64,000 nucleotides of DNA from Bacteroidota bacterium (GTDB taxonomy: Bacteria > Bacteroidota > Bacteroidia > Bacteroidales > FEN-979). The translations under genes were made by a program, and so were the position numbers. The notes under the pieces were generated by a model, which did not search any database, was not told where the DNA came from, and saw only the letters and a program-made list of their open reading frames with translations. This document shows, in pieces, positions 1 through 10,654 of this stretch; the first letter of the stretch is position 1, and each line of letters begins with the position of its first letter. The stretch spans positions 1,351-65,350 of the forward strand of contig JBDROF010000022.1 in NCBI GenBank assembly GCA_043810345.1. Direction: 5' to 3'.

Positions 1-5
1 CCTGC

Positions 6-1133
6 ATGACCCTCACGGAACTTGGCTATGCGGTGGTTCTGGTTGGCCGGAAACTGAAGCAAAGCCTGCCATTGGCATCCCGCACCTATGACATGCATCG
101 CATGCGGTTGTGGTTCAACAAAGGCCCCCTGTTCTACGCCAATTACAATATCAGGCTATTCTTTTACCTTCTTAATCATAAAGCAAACCTCCTCGTTTCC
201 AACGACCTTGATACCCTACTGGCTTGCTATCTGGCACGCAAAATAAAAACTTTTCTCCCCCTCCCTCGCGAGGGAGGGGGCAGGGGGGTGGGTAAAACCC
301 GGGGGGTGAGGCACCTCCACGATTGCCACGAGTACTTTCGGGGGGTACCGGAACTGGTTGGGCGGAATACTACCACACGTATCTGGAAATGGATCGAGGA
401 CCTTATCTTCCCAACACTGAAGCTGGTAACAGCTGTCAACACATCGGTAGCAAAGATCTATCAGGAAGAGTACGGAAATGAAATCGTGGTGATCCGTAAT
501 GTCCCGTTCCGGAGATCCTGGGAGAAGGATAGGGTGATTTCAAAAGAATCACTCGGGATTGCTCCCCATCAGCAGGTGATCCTGTACCAGGGGGCGGTGA
601 ACATTGACAGGGGGCTGGAAGAGGTGATCCAGGCCATGAAGTATATCAGGAGTGATGCCAAGCTGGTCATCATCGGAACCGGAGATATAGTTGAAGAGCT
701 CCAGGAATTTGTCAAAACAGAAAAAGTGCCGGGAAAAGTGCTGTTTACAGGTCAGATCCCGTTTCAGGAACTTTACAGGTATACCCTGATGGCCGATATA
801 GGCCTGTCGATCGAAAAAGATGTAAGCATGAATTACCATTATGCGCTGCCCAACAAGTTTCTCGACTACATCCAGGCCCATGTTCCGGTGTTGATCTCTC
901 CTTTCCCTGAGATGAAGGCGATCCTCGACAACTATTTTATCGGGGAGGTGCTGGAGACCCACGATCCAAGACATATTGCTGATAAGATTGACGGCATGCT
1001 GCTGAATGAAAAGCGTTTGGCTCTCTACAGGGAGAATTTGCACCGGGCAGCAGAAGATCTTTGTTGGGAGAATGAAGCGCCGAAGTTGAAGAGGATGCTG
1101 GAGGCGGGATACGGGATACGCGATACGCGATAA
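6..1133 (+). CDS. Glycosyltransferase family 4 (GT-B), 5' end probably outside the window
   Basis: Frame open from the window edge; motifs 'SNDLDTL', 'DCHEYF', 'YQGAVNIDRGLE', 'ALPNKFLDYIQA' typical of Bacteroidota GT4. Confidence 0.85.
   Translation: MTLTELGYAVVLVGRKLKQSLPLASRTYDMHRMRLWFNKGPLFYANYNIRLFFYLLNHKANLLVSNDLDTLLACYLARKIKTFLPLPREGGGRGVGKTRGVRHLHDCHEYFRGVPELVGRNTTTRIWKWIEDLIFPTLKLVTAVNTSVAKIYQEEYGNEIVVIRNVPFRRSWEKDRVISKESLGIAPHQQVILYQGAVNIDRGLEEVIQAMKYIRSDAKLVIIGTGDIVEELQEFVKTEKVPGKVLFTGQIPFQELYRYTLMADIGLSIEKDVSMNYHYALPNKFLDYIQAHVPVLISPFPEMKAILDNYFIGEVLETHDPRHIADKIDGMLLNEKRLALYRENLHRAAEDLCWENEAPKLKRMLEAGYGIRDTR
257..311. repeat. REP-like palindromic element inserted in-frame in the GT4 gene
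   Basis: Perfect 24-bp palindrome CCCCCTCCCTCG|CGAGGGAGGGGG at 257-280 followed by G-rich CAGGGGGGTGGGT and GGGGGGTGAGG; translates as PLPREGGGRGVG. Confidence 0.7.
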
Positions 1134-1180
1134 GGGATATGGGATATGGGATATGGGATTTTAAATTTGGGATTTTGGAT
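1104..1180 (+). repeat. Degenerate 7-bp tandem array (~11 units, xxGGGAT type) spanning the GT4 stop codon
   Basis: gcgggat acgggat acgcgat acgcgat aagggat atgggat atgggat atgggat tttaaat ttgggat tttggat. Confidence 0.85.
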
Positions 1181-1208
1181 TGGATAGAGAGAACCGAAAA
1201 CATTGTAT

Positions 1209-1243
1209 CTTGTGCTCTGCGCTCTGCGCCCTGTGCCCTGTGC
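1209..1243 (+). repeat. 7-bp tandem array (5 units)
   Basis: cttgtgc tctgcgc tctgcgc cctgtgc cctgtgc. Confidence 0.8.
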
Positions 1244-1257
1244 CAAATTCTTGAACC

Positions 1258-2409
1258 TTGAACCTTAATTTGCATATAATCAGTTTCGACATCCCGTACC
1301 CCCCGAATTACGGTGGGGTGATCGATGTCTATTACAAACTTCGGGCATTGCATGAGGCTGGTGTGAAGGTCATTCTGCACTGTTTCCATAGTGGGCGGAA
1401 TCCCGCACCGGAGTTGGAAACGATCTGCGCGGAGGTTTACTATTATCCACGGAGGTCTGGCATGCAGAACATCCTCTCACTGAAACCTTATATTGTCTCC
1501 AGCCGGGTTTCGGAACTCCTGCTCGGGAGGTTGTTGCAGGACGATTTTCCGATTCTTTTTGAGGGGCTTCATACCTGCGACTTGATGAAACATCCGGCTT
1601 TGCGGAATCGAAAAAAAATTTACCGGGAGAGCAACATTGAACATCACTACTATTACCACCTTTTCAAAGTGGCCGGCAACCTGAGGGATCGGCTATTCTT
1701 CCTGGCCGAAAGTTTCAAACTCCGGTGGTTTCAACCGATCCTGAAGCATACAGATCTAATGCTCGTGGTTTCGAAAGAAGACCAGCACTACCTGCAACAC
1801 AGGTTCCCACAGCATGATATCCGCTACCTCCCCTCCTTTCATCATGACAACCAGCTAAACTCCAGTCCCGGGAAAGGGTCATATGTGCTGTATCATGGGA
1901 ACCTCAGAGTACCGGAGAACTACCGTGCTGCCGAGTACATCATCAATCATATCCACATCGGTTCGCTACCGGAGTTGGTCATAGCCGGTCTGGATCCTCC
2001 TGACCACCTTGTAGCACTGATCGGCAACCATGTTAACATCCGGCTGGAGCGTAATCCGGATGAAAGGCGGATGTTTGAACTGATCCGGGATGCCCAGATC
2101 AACCTACTGGTTACTTTTCAGTCTACTGGCTTGAAACTGAAACTGTTAAACGCTCTGTTCAACGGCAGGCACTGCCTGGTCAATCCAAAGATGCTGACTG
2201 GCACCGGTCTGGATCCTGTTTGCAGGGTAGCTGATTCACCTGAACAGTTCCGGGCGGAAATTGTCAGCCTTTTCGAACAAGAGTTCACCACCTGGGAGAT
2301 TGCCCGGCGGGAAAAAATCATCATGGCAAAATACTCCAACAAAAAGAATTGCAAAATCCTGACAGATATATTAAATTTGTTGTATGAAAAAGATCCTTGT
2401 CCCGGTTGA
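1258..2409 (+). CDS. Glycosyltransferase (GT4-like, putative mannosyltransferase)
   Basis: N-terminal 'LHIISFDIPYPPNYGGVIDVYYKL' and C-terminal 'TGLKLKLLNALFNGRHCLVN', a common Bacteroidota GT-B family; TTG start. Confidence 0.8.
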   Translation: MNLNLHIISFDIPYPPNYGGVIDVYYKLRALHEAGVKVILHCFHSGRNPAPELETICAEVYYYPRRSGMQNILSLKPYIVSSRVSELLLGRLLQDDFPILFEGLHTCDLMKHPALRNRKKIYRESNIEHHYYYHLFKVAGNLRDRLFFLAESFKLRWFQPILKHTDLMLVVSKEDQHYLQHRFPQHDIRYLPSFHHDNQLNSSPGKGSYVLYHGNLRVPENYRAAEYIINHIHIGSLPELVIAGLDPPDHLVALIGNHVNIRLERNPDERRMFELIRDAQINLLVTFQSTGLKLKLLNALFNGRHCLVNPKMLTGTGLDPVCRVADSPEQFRAEIVSLFEQEFTTWEIARREKIIMAKYSNKKNCKILTDILNLLYEKDPCPG

Positions 2410-3250
2410 TTTCTCTGAACATACCGACATCACCTGTTCCTATGCCCTGAAACTGGCGAACGCCTATCAGTCAGAGCTGATGCTTTTTCACACCTATTTC
2501 GATCAGGTCATCCTGACCGATACCACGTTCCCCGACAGTATGAACATGAATACTGTATATAATGAAGAGCTGGTTCGTGAGATGCACAACCAGGCTGAGG
2601 CGAACATGAAAAAGCTGCATGCAAAACTTACGAAGCGGATCGAACAGGAGAAGATCCAGAATGTTGTACTGAAAACTACTGTTGTTGGAGGAGATATTGA
2701 GATGGAGTTGAAGATGGTCTGCATTGATTACCACCCCCACATGGTAGTCATGGGGACCCGGGGTATGGGACGAAATGTAAACGTCTGGGGCCGGGTGTCA
2801 ACGTACATCATCAACCATGCCAAGGTACCTGTACTCACCGTTCCCGAGATCAAAACCTTTATGGGGTTCCAGAATGTGATGTTTGCTGCGGATCTCTCTG
2901 ATGAAAATGAAATCGCTATCCCGAAGATATTGACCCTGCTTGAACCATTCCACAGCTTCCTTTATGTGGTTCATTTTCAAACGGGAAAGGATGGAGAAGA
3001 GCAAAAGATGGAGGCCCTGAAAAAACTCTTCATTGCCCAGGAACAAAAAGGAGTAATACGGTTCGAGCTGGTCGGTGTTGAAGACGATAACCAGAAAGCG
3101 CTGGATGACTACGTGGCGGGTAATGGAATTGAGATCATCGCATTCCAGCCACACAAGCGAAGCGTCTTCTACAACCTCTTCACCAAAAACATCACGAAGA
3201 AAAACCTCTTTTCGACCAACATTCCGTTACTCGCTATCCCGGTCGCCTGA
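2384..3250 (+). CDS. Universal stress protein (tandem Usp domains)
   Basis: 'MKKILVPVDFS', 'MVVMGTRG', 'PVLTVP'; TAAATTTG -7 box at 2372-2379. Confidence 0.9.
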   Translation: MKKILVPVDFSEHTDITCSYALKLANAYQSELMLFHTYFDQVILTDTTFPDSMNMNTVYNEELVREMHNQAEANMKKLHAKLTKRIEQEKIQNVVLKTTVVGGDIEMELKMVCIDYHPHMVVMGTRGMGRNVNVWGRVSTYIINHAKVPVLTVPEIKTFMGFQNVMFAADLSDENEIAIPKILTLLEPFHSFLYVVHFQTGKDGEEQKMEALKKLFIAQEQKGVIRFELVGVEDDNQKALDDYVAGNGIEIIAFQPHKRSVFYNLFTKNITKKNLFSTNIPLLAIPVA

Positions 3251-3263
3251 TAGATCCGAATAA

Positions 3264-4751
3264 TCAATTCAGAGGGGTGAGGGAGTAGTTATCGTAGTGG
3301 AATATCTCCCAGTGGTGGTTTTCCCAGCCATCTCCATTTTGCTGGCGGAACTTATACACGGTCTGTAATGTTCTGATCGTGATCTCCCTCAGGCAATCTG
3401 TGAAGGCAGTGCCATAACGCTGAAGTGCGTTCAGAAAATACCAGGCCACGTCATACCCCTGAAATGCAAGGTTGTCAGGATCCGTTTTATAGGTTTCTCT
3501 GAACAGCATTACCAGGCGCTGTACCTCAGGATTATTGTAATCAATCCAGGAGGGAACCAGGATGTGGGCCCGTGCTTTCTCCAGGTATTCGTAATCCATC
3601 CCTTCGAACTGATCCCACCGGGGTAGTCCGAATACGGTAAACGTGTAGCCCATCATATCGGCATTCAGTTGAGAGAGGATATTCAGGGCATAGGGTTTTT
3701 GAGTGGAGACGACTACGACAATGTTCTCCACACCTCGGTTCAGCCGGTGGATCAGATTCTCCTGATCCACCATCGATACATCCAGCCCCATTGCCAGGCA
3801 GTTAGCATAGATCTGGTTAGCCATTGTCCGTACTTCCGGCTCCCAGCTATGAGTCAACAGGGTATGGGAATAGTAGTGATTCTGAGATAGGTATTCGGCA
3901 AGTGCAATTCCTTCCGAGGTATAGGAGGGGCGGACTTTGATCACCATCGGATTCCCTTCAACCTGCGATTCCCTTTCCGAAATTGGGCTTACAACAGGTA
4001 TCCGGCGGTCGCGGGCCCAGGAGGCAACAATCTCGAAATTCCGATGGAACAGCATCCCGATGATCAGATCCATCTTTTTCATCTCCGGCTTTTTCAAAAA
4101 GGCATAGGTTCCGGATGCATTTGGATCCACATCGTAGACATAGAGGTTAAGGTTCAAGCCGGTTTTTCGCAGAGAATCCACTGCAAGGAGGAATCCTTCA
4201 TAGAACTGAATGTACCTCAGTGAGTTGTAGCTTTCAATCTCTTTTTGGGATGGGGACTCTGTGTTGATAGAATCAGCCTCCTTCAGGAAAAAATGCATCA
4301 TCAGTGCCACATTGTAAACCTCTTTACTCGATTCCGGCATCATGACGCAGGGGAGTTGGTCGTTTAGATAATCCCCGCGAGGGGAAACCGGATCCTCGCC
4401 CATCTCATCCCGGGACTTTACGCCTGTAGGATCTATGACCACCGGCTCCACTACATAAGGTAGTTCAATTGGAAGTTCTTCCTCCGGTGTGGGAATCATC
4501 AGGGTTTGATTCGCTTTTAATCCATTCTTGATCACAGGATTGGCATCGATGACATCCTGCATCTCCACATCATAGGCCTTGGCAATGGAATAGAGGGTTT
4601 GACCTTTCTTCACCAGATGAACGTAAAAACTCTTTCCGTCGATGATGCGAATCTGATCTGAACGGATCTGCTTATATCCGTCCTGAGCAAGACCCTGATT
4701 TGCAGCCAGCAGAAAGATCCACCCTATAAACAGTATATATCTCATTATCAA
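3264..4751 (-). CDS. LysM domain plus periplasmic-binding-protein type 1 domain protein
   Basis: Signal peptide; LysM 'HLVKKGQTLYSIAKAY'; 'FYEGFLLAVDSL', 'AFQGYDVAWYF' PBP1-like region. Confidence 0.8.
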   Translation of the reverse strand: MIMRYILFIGWIFLLAANQGLAQDGYKQIRSDQIRIIDGKSFYVHLVKKGQTLYSIAKAYDVEMQDVIDANPVIKNGLKANQTLMIPTPEEELPIELPYVVEPVVIDPTGVKSRDEMGEDPVSPRGDYLNDQLPCVMMPESSKEVYNVALMMHFFLKEADSINTESPSQKEIESYNSLRYIQFYEGFLLAVDSLRKTGLNLNLYVYDVDPNASGTYAFLKKPEMKKMDLIIGMLFHRNFEIVASWARDRRIPVVSPISERESQVEGNPMVIKVRPSYTSEGIALAEYLSQNHYYSHTLLTHSWEPEVRTMANQIYANCLAMGLDVSMVDQENLIHRLNRGVENIVVVVSTQKPYALNILSQLNADMMGYTFTVFGLPRWDQFEGMDYEYLEKARAHILVPSWIDYNNPEVQRLVMLFRETYKTDPDNLAFQGYDVAWYFLNALQRYGTAFTDCLREITIRTLQTVYKFRQQNGDGWENHHWEIFHYDNYSLTPLN

Positions 4752-4755
4752 TCAA

Positions 4756-6285
4756 TTATTCCCATTCAATGGTGGCCGGTGGTTTTGAGCTGATGTCGTA
4801 CACCACGCGGTTCACTCCCTTCACCTTGTTGATGATCTCGTTGGAGACCCAGGCGAGAAAGTCCAATGGTAGCTGTGCCCAATCGGCCGTCATCCCATCC
4901 GTGGAGGTGACAGCCCGGAGAGCCACTACATTTTCATAGGTCCGTTCATCCCCCATCACTCCTACCGCCTGTATTGGCAACAATACCACAAAGGCCTGCC
5001 AGGTATAATTGTACAGGTTATGATGCCGGAGCCCGTCGATGAAGATGTGATCGGCCTCCTGCAACAACCTGACCTTCTCCCGGGTGATGTCGCCCAGGAT
5101 CCGGACTGCGAGTCCTGGTCCCGGAAAAGGATGGCGCCCGAGGATCAGCGGATCCAGTCCGAGCGCTTTTCCGACACGCCGGACCTCATCCTTGAAAAGG
5201 GTGTTTAACGGCTCCACAATCTTCAGATTGAGGTGATCAGGAAGACCGCCAACATTGTGATGTGATTTGATGGTGGCGCTGGGACCTTTGACCGATCTCG
5301 ATTCAATGACATCTGGATAGATCGTCCCCTGGGCAAGCCATTTGATATTCCGGATTTTCTTCGCTTCCTCTTCGAATACTTCTATGAATACACGGCCGAT
5401 GACCTTCCTTTTCTGCTCCGGATCAGAGATCCCTTCCAGTTCGGTTAAAAACCTGTCGGAGGCATTCACACCAGTGACATTCAGATGCATGTGGTCGTAG
5501 GAGTGCAGCACAAGTGGGAATTCATCTTTCCGCAACAGGCCATTGTCGACGAAGATGCAATGCAGATTCTCACCAATGGCTAGGTGTAACAACATTCCGG
5601 TCACGGAGGAATCAACCCCTCCTGACAATCCCAATACCACCTGGTCGTCTCCTATCTTTTCCCGGAGCTCCCTTACAGTGGATTCGATGAACGATTCGGG
5701 TGTCCAGGATTGATGACAACCACAGATATCAGCGACAAAATTCTTCAGCAGGGCAGCTCCTTCGGTCGTATGGTATACTTCGGGGTGAAACTGGATGCCG
5801 TAGGTAGGTTCATCGGTGATCCTGAACCCGGCTATCTCAATGCTGGCTGTGGAGGTGATTACACAGAAATTATCGGGAACACGCAGAATAGTATCCCCGT
5901 GTGACATCCATACCTGGCTTCCGGCTGAAACCCCTTTCATCAAATCACTCTCCGGATTGATGTAGGAGAGGTTGGCACGGCCGTATTCCCGGATCTTCGA
6001 TGCCATTACCTCTCCACCCGATGACAGTGCCAGGTACTGAGCGCTATAGCAGATGGCGAGAATAGGGTATTTTCCGCGGATTCCGGAAAGATCGGGTATC
6101 AGTGGCTCCTTATCCCGGACCGAAAAAGGGCTTCCCGAAAGCACCACCCCTTTGATGTGTGGTCCTAAGGAAGGGATGGCATTGTATGGATAGATGTCGC
6201 AATAGACATTCAGCTCTCTGATCCGGCGGGCAATCAGTTGAGTATACTGAGATCCGAAGTCGAGGACAAGGATGGTCTCTTCCAT
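4756..6285 (-). CDS. guaA: GMP synthase (glutamine-hydrolysing)
   Basis: '[14 protein letters not shown]', 'QFHPEV', 'LSGGVDS', '[11 protein letters not shown]', '[10 protein letters not shown]'. Confidence 0.98.
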   Translation of the reverse strand: MEETILVLDFGSQYTQLIARRIRELNVYCDIYPYNAIPSLGPHIKGVVLSGSPFSVRDKEPLIPDLSGIRGKYPILAICYSAQYLALSSGGEVMASKIREYGRANLSYINPESDLMKGVSAGSQVWMSHGDTILRVPDNFCVITSTASIEIAGFRITDEPTYGIQFHPEVYHTTEGAALLKNFVADICGCHQSWTPESFIESTVRELREKIGDDQVVLGLSGGVDSSVTGMLLHLAIGENLHCIFVDNGLLRKDEFPLVLHSYDHMHLNVTGVNASDRFLTELEGISDPEQKRKVIGRVFIEVFEEEAKKIRNIKWLAQGTIYPDVIESRSVKGPSATIKSHHNVGGLPDHLNLKIVEPLNTLFKDEVRRVGKALGLDPLILGRHPFPGPGLAVRILGDITREKVRLLQEADHIFIDGLRHHNLYNYTWQAFVVLLPIQAVGVMGDERTYENVVALRAVTSTDGMTADWAQLPLDFLAWVSNEIINKVKGVNRVVYDISSKPPATIEWE

Positions 6286-6307
6286 ATCACAAATGTATGA
6301 AAATATT

Positions 6308-8113
6308 TTACCTGATCAGGGTGGCACTGTATTCGGTCTGGTTCCCAACCCCATCGGTCACCACCAGGTGGAACTTGTTGCTTCCTGCTTTGATCCTGTT
6401 GTCATATTTGTACACAAGCCTGTTTCGCTTGGCATCAAAGTCCATGAGGATCCAGCGTCCATTAAGCGTGCCACGGTAATGTTTGATCCCGGAAAAATCG
6501 TCGGAGATGACGACGACAATCGTATTTTGTTTGCTGATATTCTTGTGGTCGTAGATATTTACCGGTTTGATCTTCGGTGGGATCGTATCCACACTGATGG
6601 TATACTCCCCAAACTCCCGGATATTGCCGGTCACAACCCCATCTTTGAAGCTGCCTCCCAGGCTGACAAACTTATTTTCTTTCTCCACCTTCACCAGAAG
6701 TGCTTTGCTTTCAAGCCACCTGGGAAGGGTTTCGGCCCGGATTGAGAGATCGCACCGAAGATGAATAGGGATTTCCTCTTTATGAAGAATATGCACCCGG
6801 GCGAAGCTGCCATTTACAGGAGGGGCTGTCTGATACCGGAAATCCAGCTCCTCATATAAAGCATTCGCTGGGATGGTAAATTGGATGTTAACATTCTCAT
6901 ACCGGTTCTCCCGGTTCCATGCAAACAGATTCTCCGGTATTTTCTGCTCAACTGGCCTGGTGCCACCGGGAGACGGTGGATGACTTTTCACCCAGAAGGT
7001 GATCCGGGAGGTGTTGCCGTGGACATCTTTCACTACATAGTGTATCTTGTGTGTATTCCGGTCCGCAAAGTTGACAATTCCCCTGTTGATGACCCCATCA
7101 AAAATATCCAGCTTGTTTCCCGGAGCAATATAGGATCTTAGAAAACGCTGCTTGTTCTTCTTGTTCTGGGGAAAATCAAGGATGGCATTGACATACCGGC
7201 TATCCGCGAAAGCATACCGAAGTATATGCTGACCAAATACCTTCTTCCCGTCAACCATCAATTCCACTGATTTAATTCCACACCGGATGGATGATCCTTC
7301 ATGGTAATCATATGTCTCAATCCCGAAGATGATATCCCCCGAGACCATCACGGTATCGGACGACTTGATACTGTAAACTCCATTGGTTCCGGCAGCCTGC
7401 AGAGCTAACGGATGGTCAGAGAAATTGACCATCCCTGAATTCCCGAACGGATAGATTTTTACCCACAGGATCTGAGGCGGGATGTGATCAGTGATCGGAA
7501 TTCCGTACGACAAAGGATCAAGAGGTTCCTGGGTATGGGTATCCCGAATCTCAAAATGCAAATGTGGGCCTGCCGAAGTGCCCGAGTTGCCGGAATAGCC
7601 AATCACCTCCCCTTTCCGGACCTGAATCTTCCCACTGGGAACTGTCACATCGATTTTAAAAGACTCCTTTGAATATTGCTGATTTAGTGCATAGGTTGCG
7701 ATATCGCCCCGAAACCGGTCTAAATGGGCATAAACAGTGGTATATCCCGAAGGATGATTGATGTAGACCGCCTTTCCGAAAGCCCAGGGGGAGACAAATA
7801 TCCGGGAGACATACCCCTCCGATGCAGCATAAACCGGTTTCCCTGTTTGTCCATCTGTCCGGATATCTATTCCCGAGTGAAAATGGTCCGGCCTGATCTC
7901 CCCGTACGTCCCCGATAGCGAAAGAGGAAAATCAACCGGTGAACGGAACAGGGTCTGCGCGTACGACGACTGCGAATAAGCAAGCGGTGGAAGGATCATG
8001 AACAGAAGCAGGATCCATTGACAGATGCGCGATGCGGGATACAGGATACGGGATGCCGGATCCTGGTTGCCGGATGCCGGATGCCGGATGCCTGCTCTGA
8101 ATATTTGGTTCAT
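6308..8113 (-). CDS. M23 family metallopeptidase
   Basis: '[10 protein letters not shown]' (HxxxD), 'YAHL', '[10 protein letters not shown]' (HxH); ATG at 8113 chosen, GTG at 8125 possible; N-terminus carries a heptamer array. Confidence 0.9.
   Translation of the reverse strand: MNQIFRAGIRHPASGNQDPASRILYPASRICQWILLLFMILPPLAYSQSSYAQTLFRSPVDFPLSLSGTYGEIRPDHFHSGIDIRTDGQTGKPVYAASEGYVSRIFVSPWAFGKAVYINHPSGYTTVYAHLDRFRGDIATYALNQQYSKESFKIDVTVPSGKIQVRKGEVIGYSGNSGTSAGPHLHFEIRDTHTQEPLDPLSYGIPITDHIPPQILWVKIYPFGNSGMVNFSDHPLALQAAGTNGVYSIKSSDTVMVSGDIIFGIETYDYHEGSSIRCGIKSVELMVDGKKVFGQHILRYAFADSRYVNAILDFPQNKKNKQRFLRSYIAPGNKLDIFDGVINRGIVNFADRNTHKIHYVVKDVHGNTSRITFWVKSHPPSPGGTRPVEQKIPENLFAWNRENRYENVNIQFTIPANALYEELDFRYQTAPPVNGSFARVHILHKEEIPIHLRCDLSIRAETLPRWLESKALLVKVEKENKFVSLGGSFKDGVVTGNIREFGEYTISVDTIPPKIKPVNIYDHKNISKQNTIVVVISDDFSGIKHYRGTLNGRWILMDFDAKRNRLVYKYDNRIKAGSNKFHLVVTDGVGNQTEYSATLIR
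8024..8093. repeat. In-frame 7-bp tandem array (10 units, GATGCCG type) in the M23 gene N-terminus
   Basis: gatgcgc gatgcgg gatacag gatacgg gatgccg gatcctg gttgccg gatgccg gatgccg gatgcct. Confidence 0.9.
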
Positions 8114-8140
8114 GAATTGCCTCACCCGGTTCTCCCAATT

Positions 8141-10654
8141 TCAGTAATAAACCACTTCACATCCAGGGTGTCCGGCTTTGAACTTTTCAATCCGTTTGGA
8201 TGAGATCCTTGTGTTGAATATTTTCACTGATTTCAGGTCATTCATGTTGTTAAGCACATCGATGTTGCTGATTTTGGTGTTATAACAATCGAACACCTCC
8301 AGTTTCTGCATATTGCCCAGGTATTTCAGGTTTTTAATGGGCGTTCCGGAAAGTTTCAGAACCTCCAGATTTCCCAGGTTCTCAATCGGCCGGAGGTCCT
8401 CCACCTGGGTGTTTTCCGCATCAAGTTCTACCAACTGGGTAAGAGCTGATAGCGGGGAGAGGTCGGAGATGGCGTTTTTGGGGAATCCCAGCCGTCTGAG
8501 CCAATTCATCCGGCTGATGGACTCCAGCGAAGTCACCCGTGTATCGGAAAAGCGCAACTCCTCCAGCTGGGAGAGGAAAACAACCGGCTGGAGTGTGGTC
8601 AGTGAGGGATTATCCCTGATCACCACGCTCCTTAGCTTGGCAATCTGCTGAAGCTGAAATTTATCCGGCTCCCGGTTGAAACCTACCTCTTTCCGAAAGA
8701 TCTCCTGCCACACATCAGGAAGGGACTTCCACCAGTTTGTGTTTTCATACGTCTGGCTGATCACCAGACATCCCGGATTTTTTCCCATGAATTCGTTGGC
8801 CTCCTCTTTCGTGATCCCTGAGTTATCTGCCAGGATCAGTTCAAGCCCTGTTAGCCTTGTCAGGGGTGAGATATCGGTCACCCTGGTATTATCCAGGTTC
8901 AAAAAGGTAAGGTTTGCCAGCGTCGCAAGAGGAACCACAGAGGTGATCCCTGTGGATTTTACATTGAGATAGCTGAGGGCGAGCAGGTCCTTCAGCGGAT
9001 CCAGTGCCGTTATCGGGGTGAGGGAACAATCGAGCCATCTAAGTCTTAGTAACTCAGTGAGTGGAGTGAGCGACATAATCGAGGAGCGGCCATTGATATT
9101 CAAGCTGTCTATCGTCATGAGTGCATGCAACTGCTCGCGGGTTGGCGGGTCATCCAGGTTCCGGTAGATATAGAAAATGTTCTGCCACTCTGGCGACATT
9201 TTTTTCCACCACTCTTCCAGGGACGCGGAAGCGAAACTGACGACCACCCCGGGATAGTCGATCATAAACTGAACGGCATTCTTTTTCCCGACTAGTGTTT
9301 GGTCGCAATAAACCTTCCGGAGTGCCGGAAGAGCGGCCAGAGGTTCCAGCGTTTTCACCTGCGTGTTGTTGAATGTGACCGACTCCATTGCAGCCAGATT
9401 CTTCAACACCTCAATGGACCCGACAGGTGTGTCTGAAAAATCAAGCGTAGTAAGATTCTTCGCCCCGGTCAGTGGAGTCAGGTCTTCCACCCTGGTGTGG
9501 TTCATCTGGAGTTTCCAAAGACGCGGTAGCTCAGCGAGGGGTTTCAGGTCAGAGATCTCCGTGTGGCTGATATCCAGCACCTCCAGAGCCGGATAACTGG
9601 CCAGGATGGAGATATCGGTGATCGCTGTGGTGCTCAGGTTCAACTCCCTGATATGGTTGCAATACTTGAGGGGGTCGATGGAGTTCACCTGCGTTCCTGA
9701 GATGTTCAGGTTTTCCAGAACATTCAGGTTTCGAAGCGGCATCAGATCGTAAACCGGTGTATTGGAGAGGTTGAGCGAGGTAAGATTGGAGAGTTTGCTC
9801 ATCGGTTCCAAATCACTTACCATCGTATTGCCCGACAGGTCCATCGTTTTGTTATCGACGATCCTTAAAAACAGTCCGTAAATCCGGGAATCACTAATGG
9901 GGATGGGAATGCTATCGACCAGCGCAACCGTATCGTTGTAATGTTGCACACTGCTCAGCATCAGGTTTTCGTCCACTTTCAGGTTTTTTCCAAAGATCTG
10001 ATGCCACTCGTGCGACAAATCATTCCACCAGTTTCTCAGATCTTCCTTCTCGTTCAGTTTGATGGTGTAAATGCTGACGATCTTGATCTGCTTCTTGTTA
10101 TCATCATAGTTGATCTCAAGGTAACGAACCTGGTTGGTATTGACCGAATCGCCGTCGAGGGTCGTTCCCTGCAAACCGCGGTTAGCTGTTACCCTGAAGA
10201 AGGTCTTTCCGGCATGGTTGCTCATCACAATTACCTCCTGTACCTGGTAATCGAATATCGCCTTTTTGAAGAAAAAGTCCACATCCGTTAGATATGCCTG
10301 CACATCCTTATAAAGAGGAACAAGCCTCTTGGTGTCGAGGTCGTCCTCCACCTGTACCTCGCTGTCCCAGAAAAACTTCAGGTAGCTGTCGTTGATGATG
10401 ATCTCTTTCTCTTTGATTGAATTCTGCTTATCGGCCAGAAAGTTCAATGTGCTCTCCAGAAATTTCACGATCTGGGTGGCCTGTTGCCGATAGACCTCCA
10501 TCTCCTCTTCAGGGATGGAAGAGGCTGTTGGCTTATCACTCCCTTTCGTGGTTTTTCCGGTCTCTTTTTTCTGTCCGAATACCGGATTCTGCCACAGACA
10601 GCAACTGATGGCCGCTACCAGCCAAAATGATAAAAGGTAAGGCTTAATTTTCAT
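8141..10654 (-). CDS. Exported leucine-rich repeat protein (internalin-like LRRs, N-terminal alpha/beta domain)
   Basis: Signal peptide from MKIKPY (ATG 10654, overlapping upstream stop); many LxxLxxLxLxxTxVxDLxPL repeats; three WWxxLxxxWxxIF caps. Confidence 0.85.
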   Translation of the reverse strand: MKIKPYLLSFWLVAAISCCLWQNPVFGQKKETGKTTKGSDKPTASSIPEEEMEVYRQQATQIVKFLESTLNFLADKQNSIKEKEIIINDSYLKFFWDSEVQVEDDLDTKRLVPLYKDVQAYLTDVDFFFKKAIFDYQVQEVIVMSNHAGKTFFRVTANRGLQGTTLDGDSVNTNQVRYLEINYDDNKKQIKIVSIYTIKLNEKEDLRNWWNDLSHEWHQIFGKNLKVDENLMLSSVQHYNDTVALVDSIPIPISDSRIYGLFLRIVDNKTMDLSGNTMVSDLEPMSKLSNLTSLNLSNTPVYDLMPLRNLNVLENLNISGTQVNSIDPLKYCNHIRELNLSTTAITDISILASYPALEVLDISHTEISDLKPLAELPRLWKLQMNHTRVEDLTPLTGAKNLTTLDFSDTPVGSIEVLKNLAAMESVTFNNTQVKTLEPLAALPALRKVYCDQTLVGKKNAVQFMIDYPGVVVSFASASLEEWWKKMSPEWQNIFYIYRNLDDPPTREQLHALMTIDSLNINGRSSIMSLTPLTELLRLRWLDCSLTPITALDPLKDLLALSYLNVKSTGITSVVPLATLANLTFLNLDNTRVTDISPLTRLTGLELILADNSGITKEEANEFMGKNPGCLVISQTYENTNWWKSLPDVWQEIFRKEVGFNREPDKFQLQQIAKLRSVVIRDNPSLTTLQPVVFLSQLEELRFSDTRVTSLESISRMNWLRRLGFPKNAISDLSPLSALTQLVELDAENTQVEDLRPIENLGNLEVLKLSGTPIKNLKYLGNMQKLEVFDCYNTKISNIDVLNNMNDLKSVKIFNTRISSKRIEKFKAGHPGCEVVYY

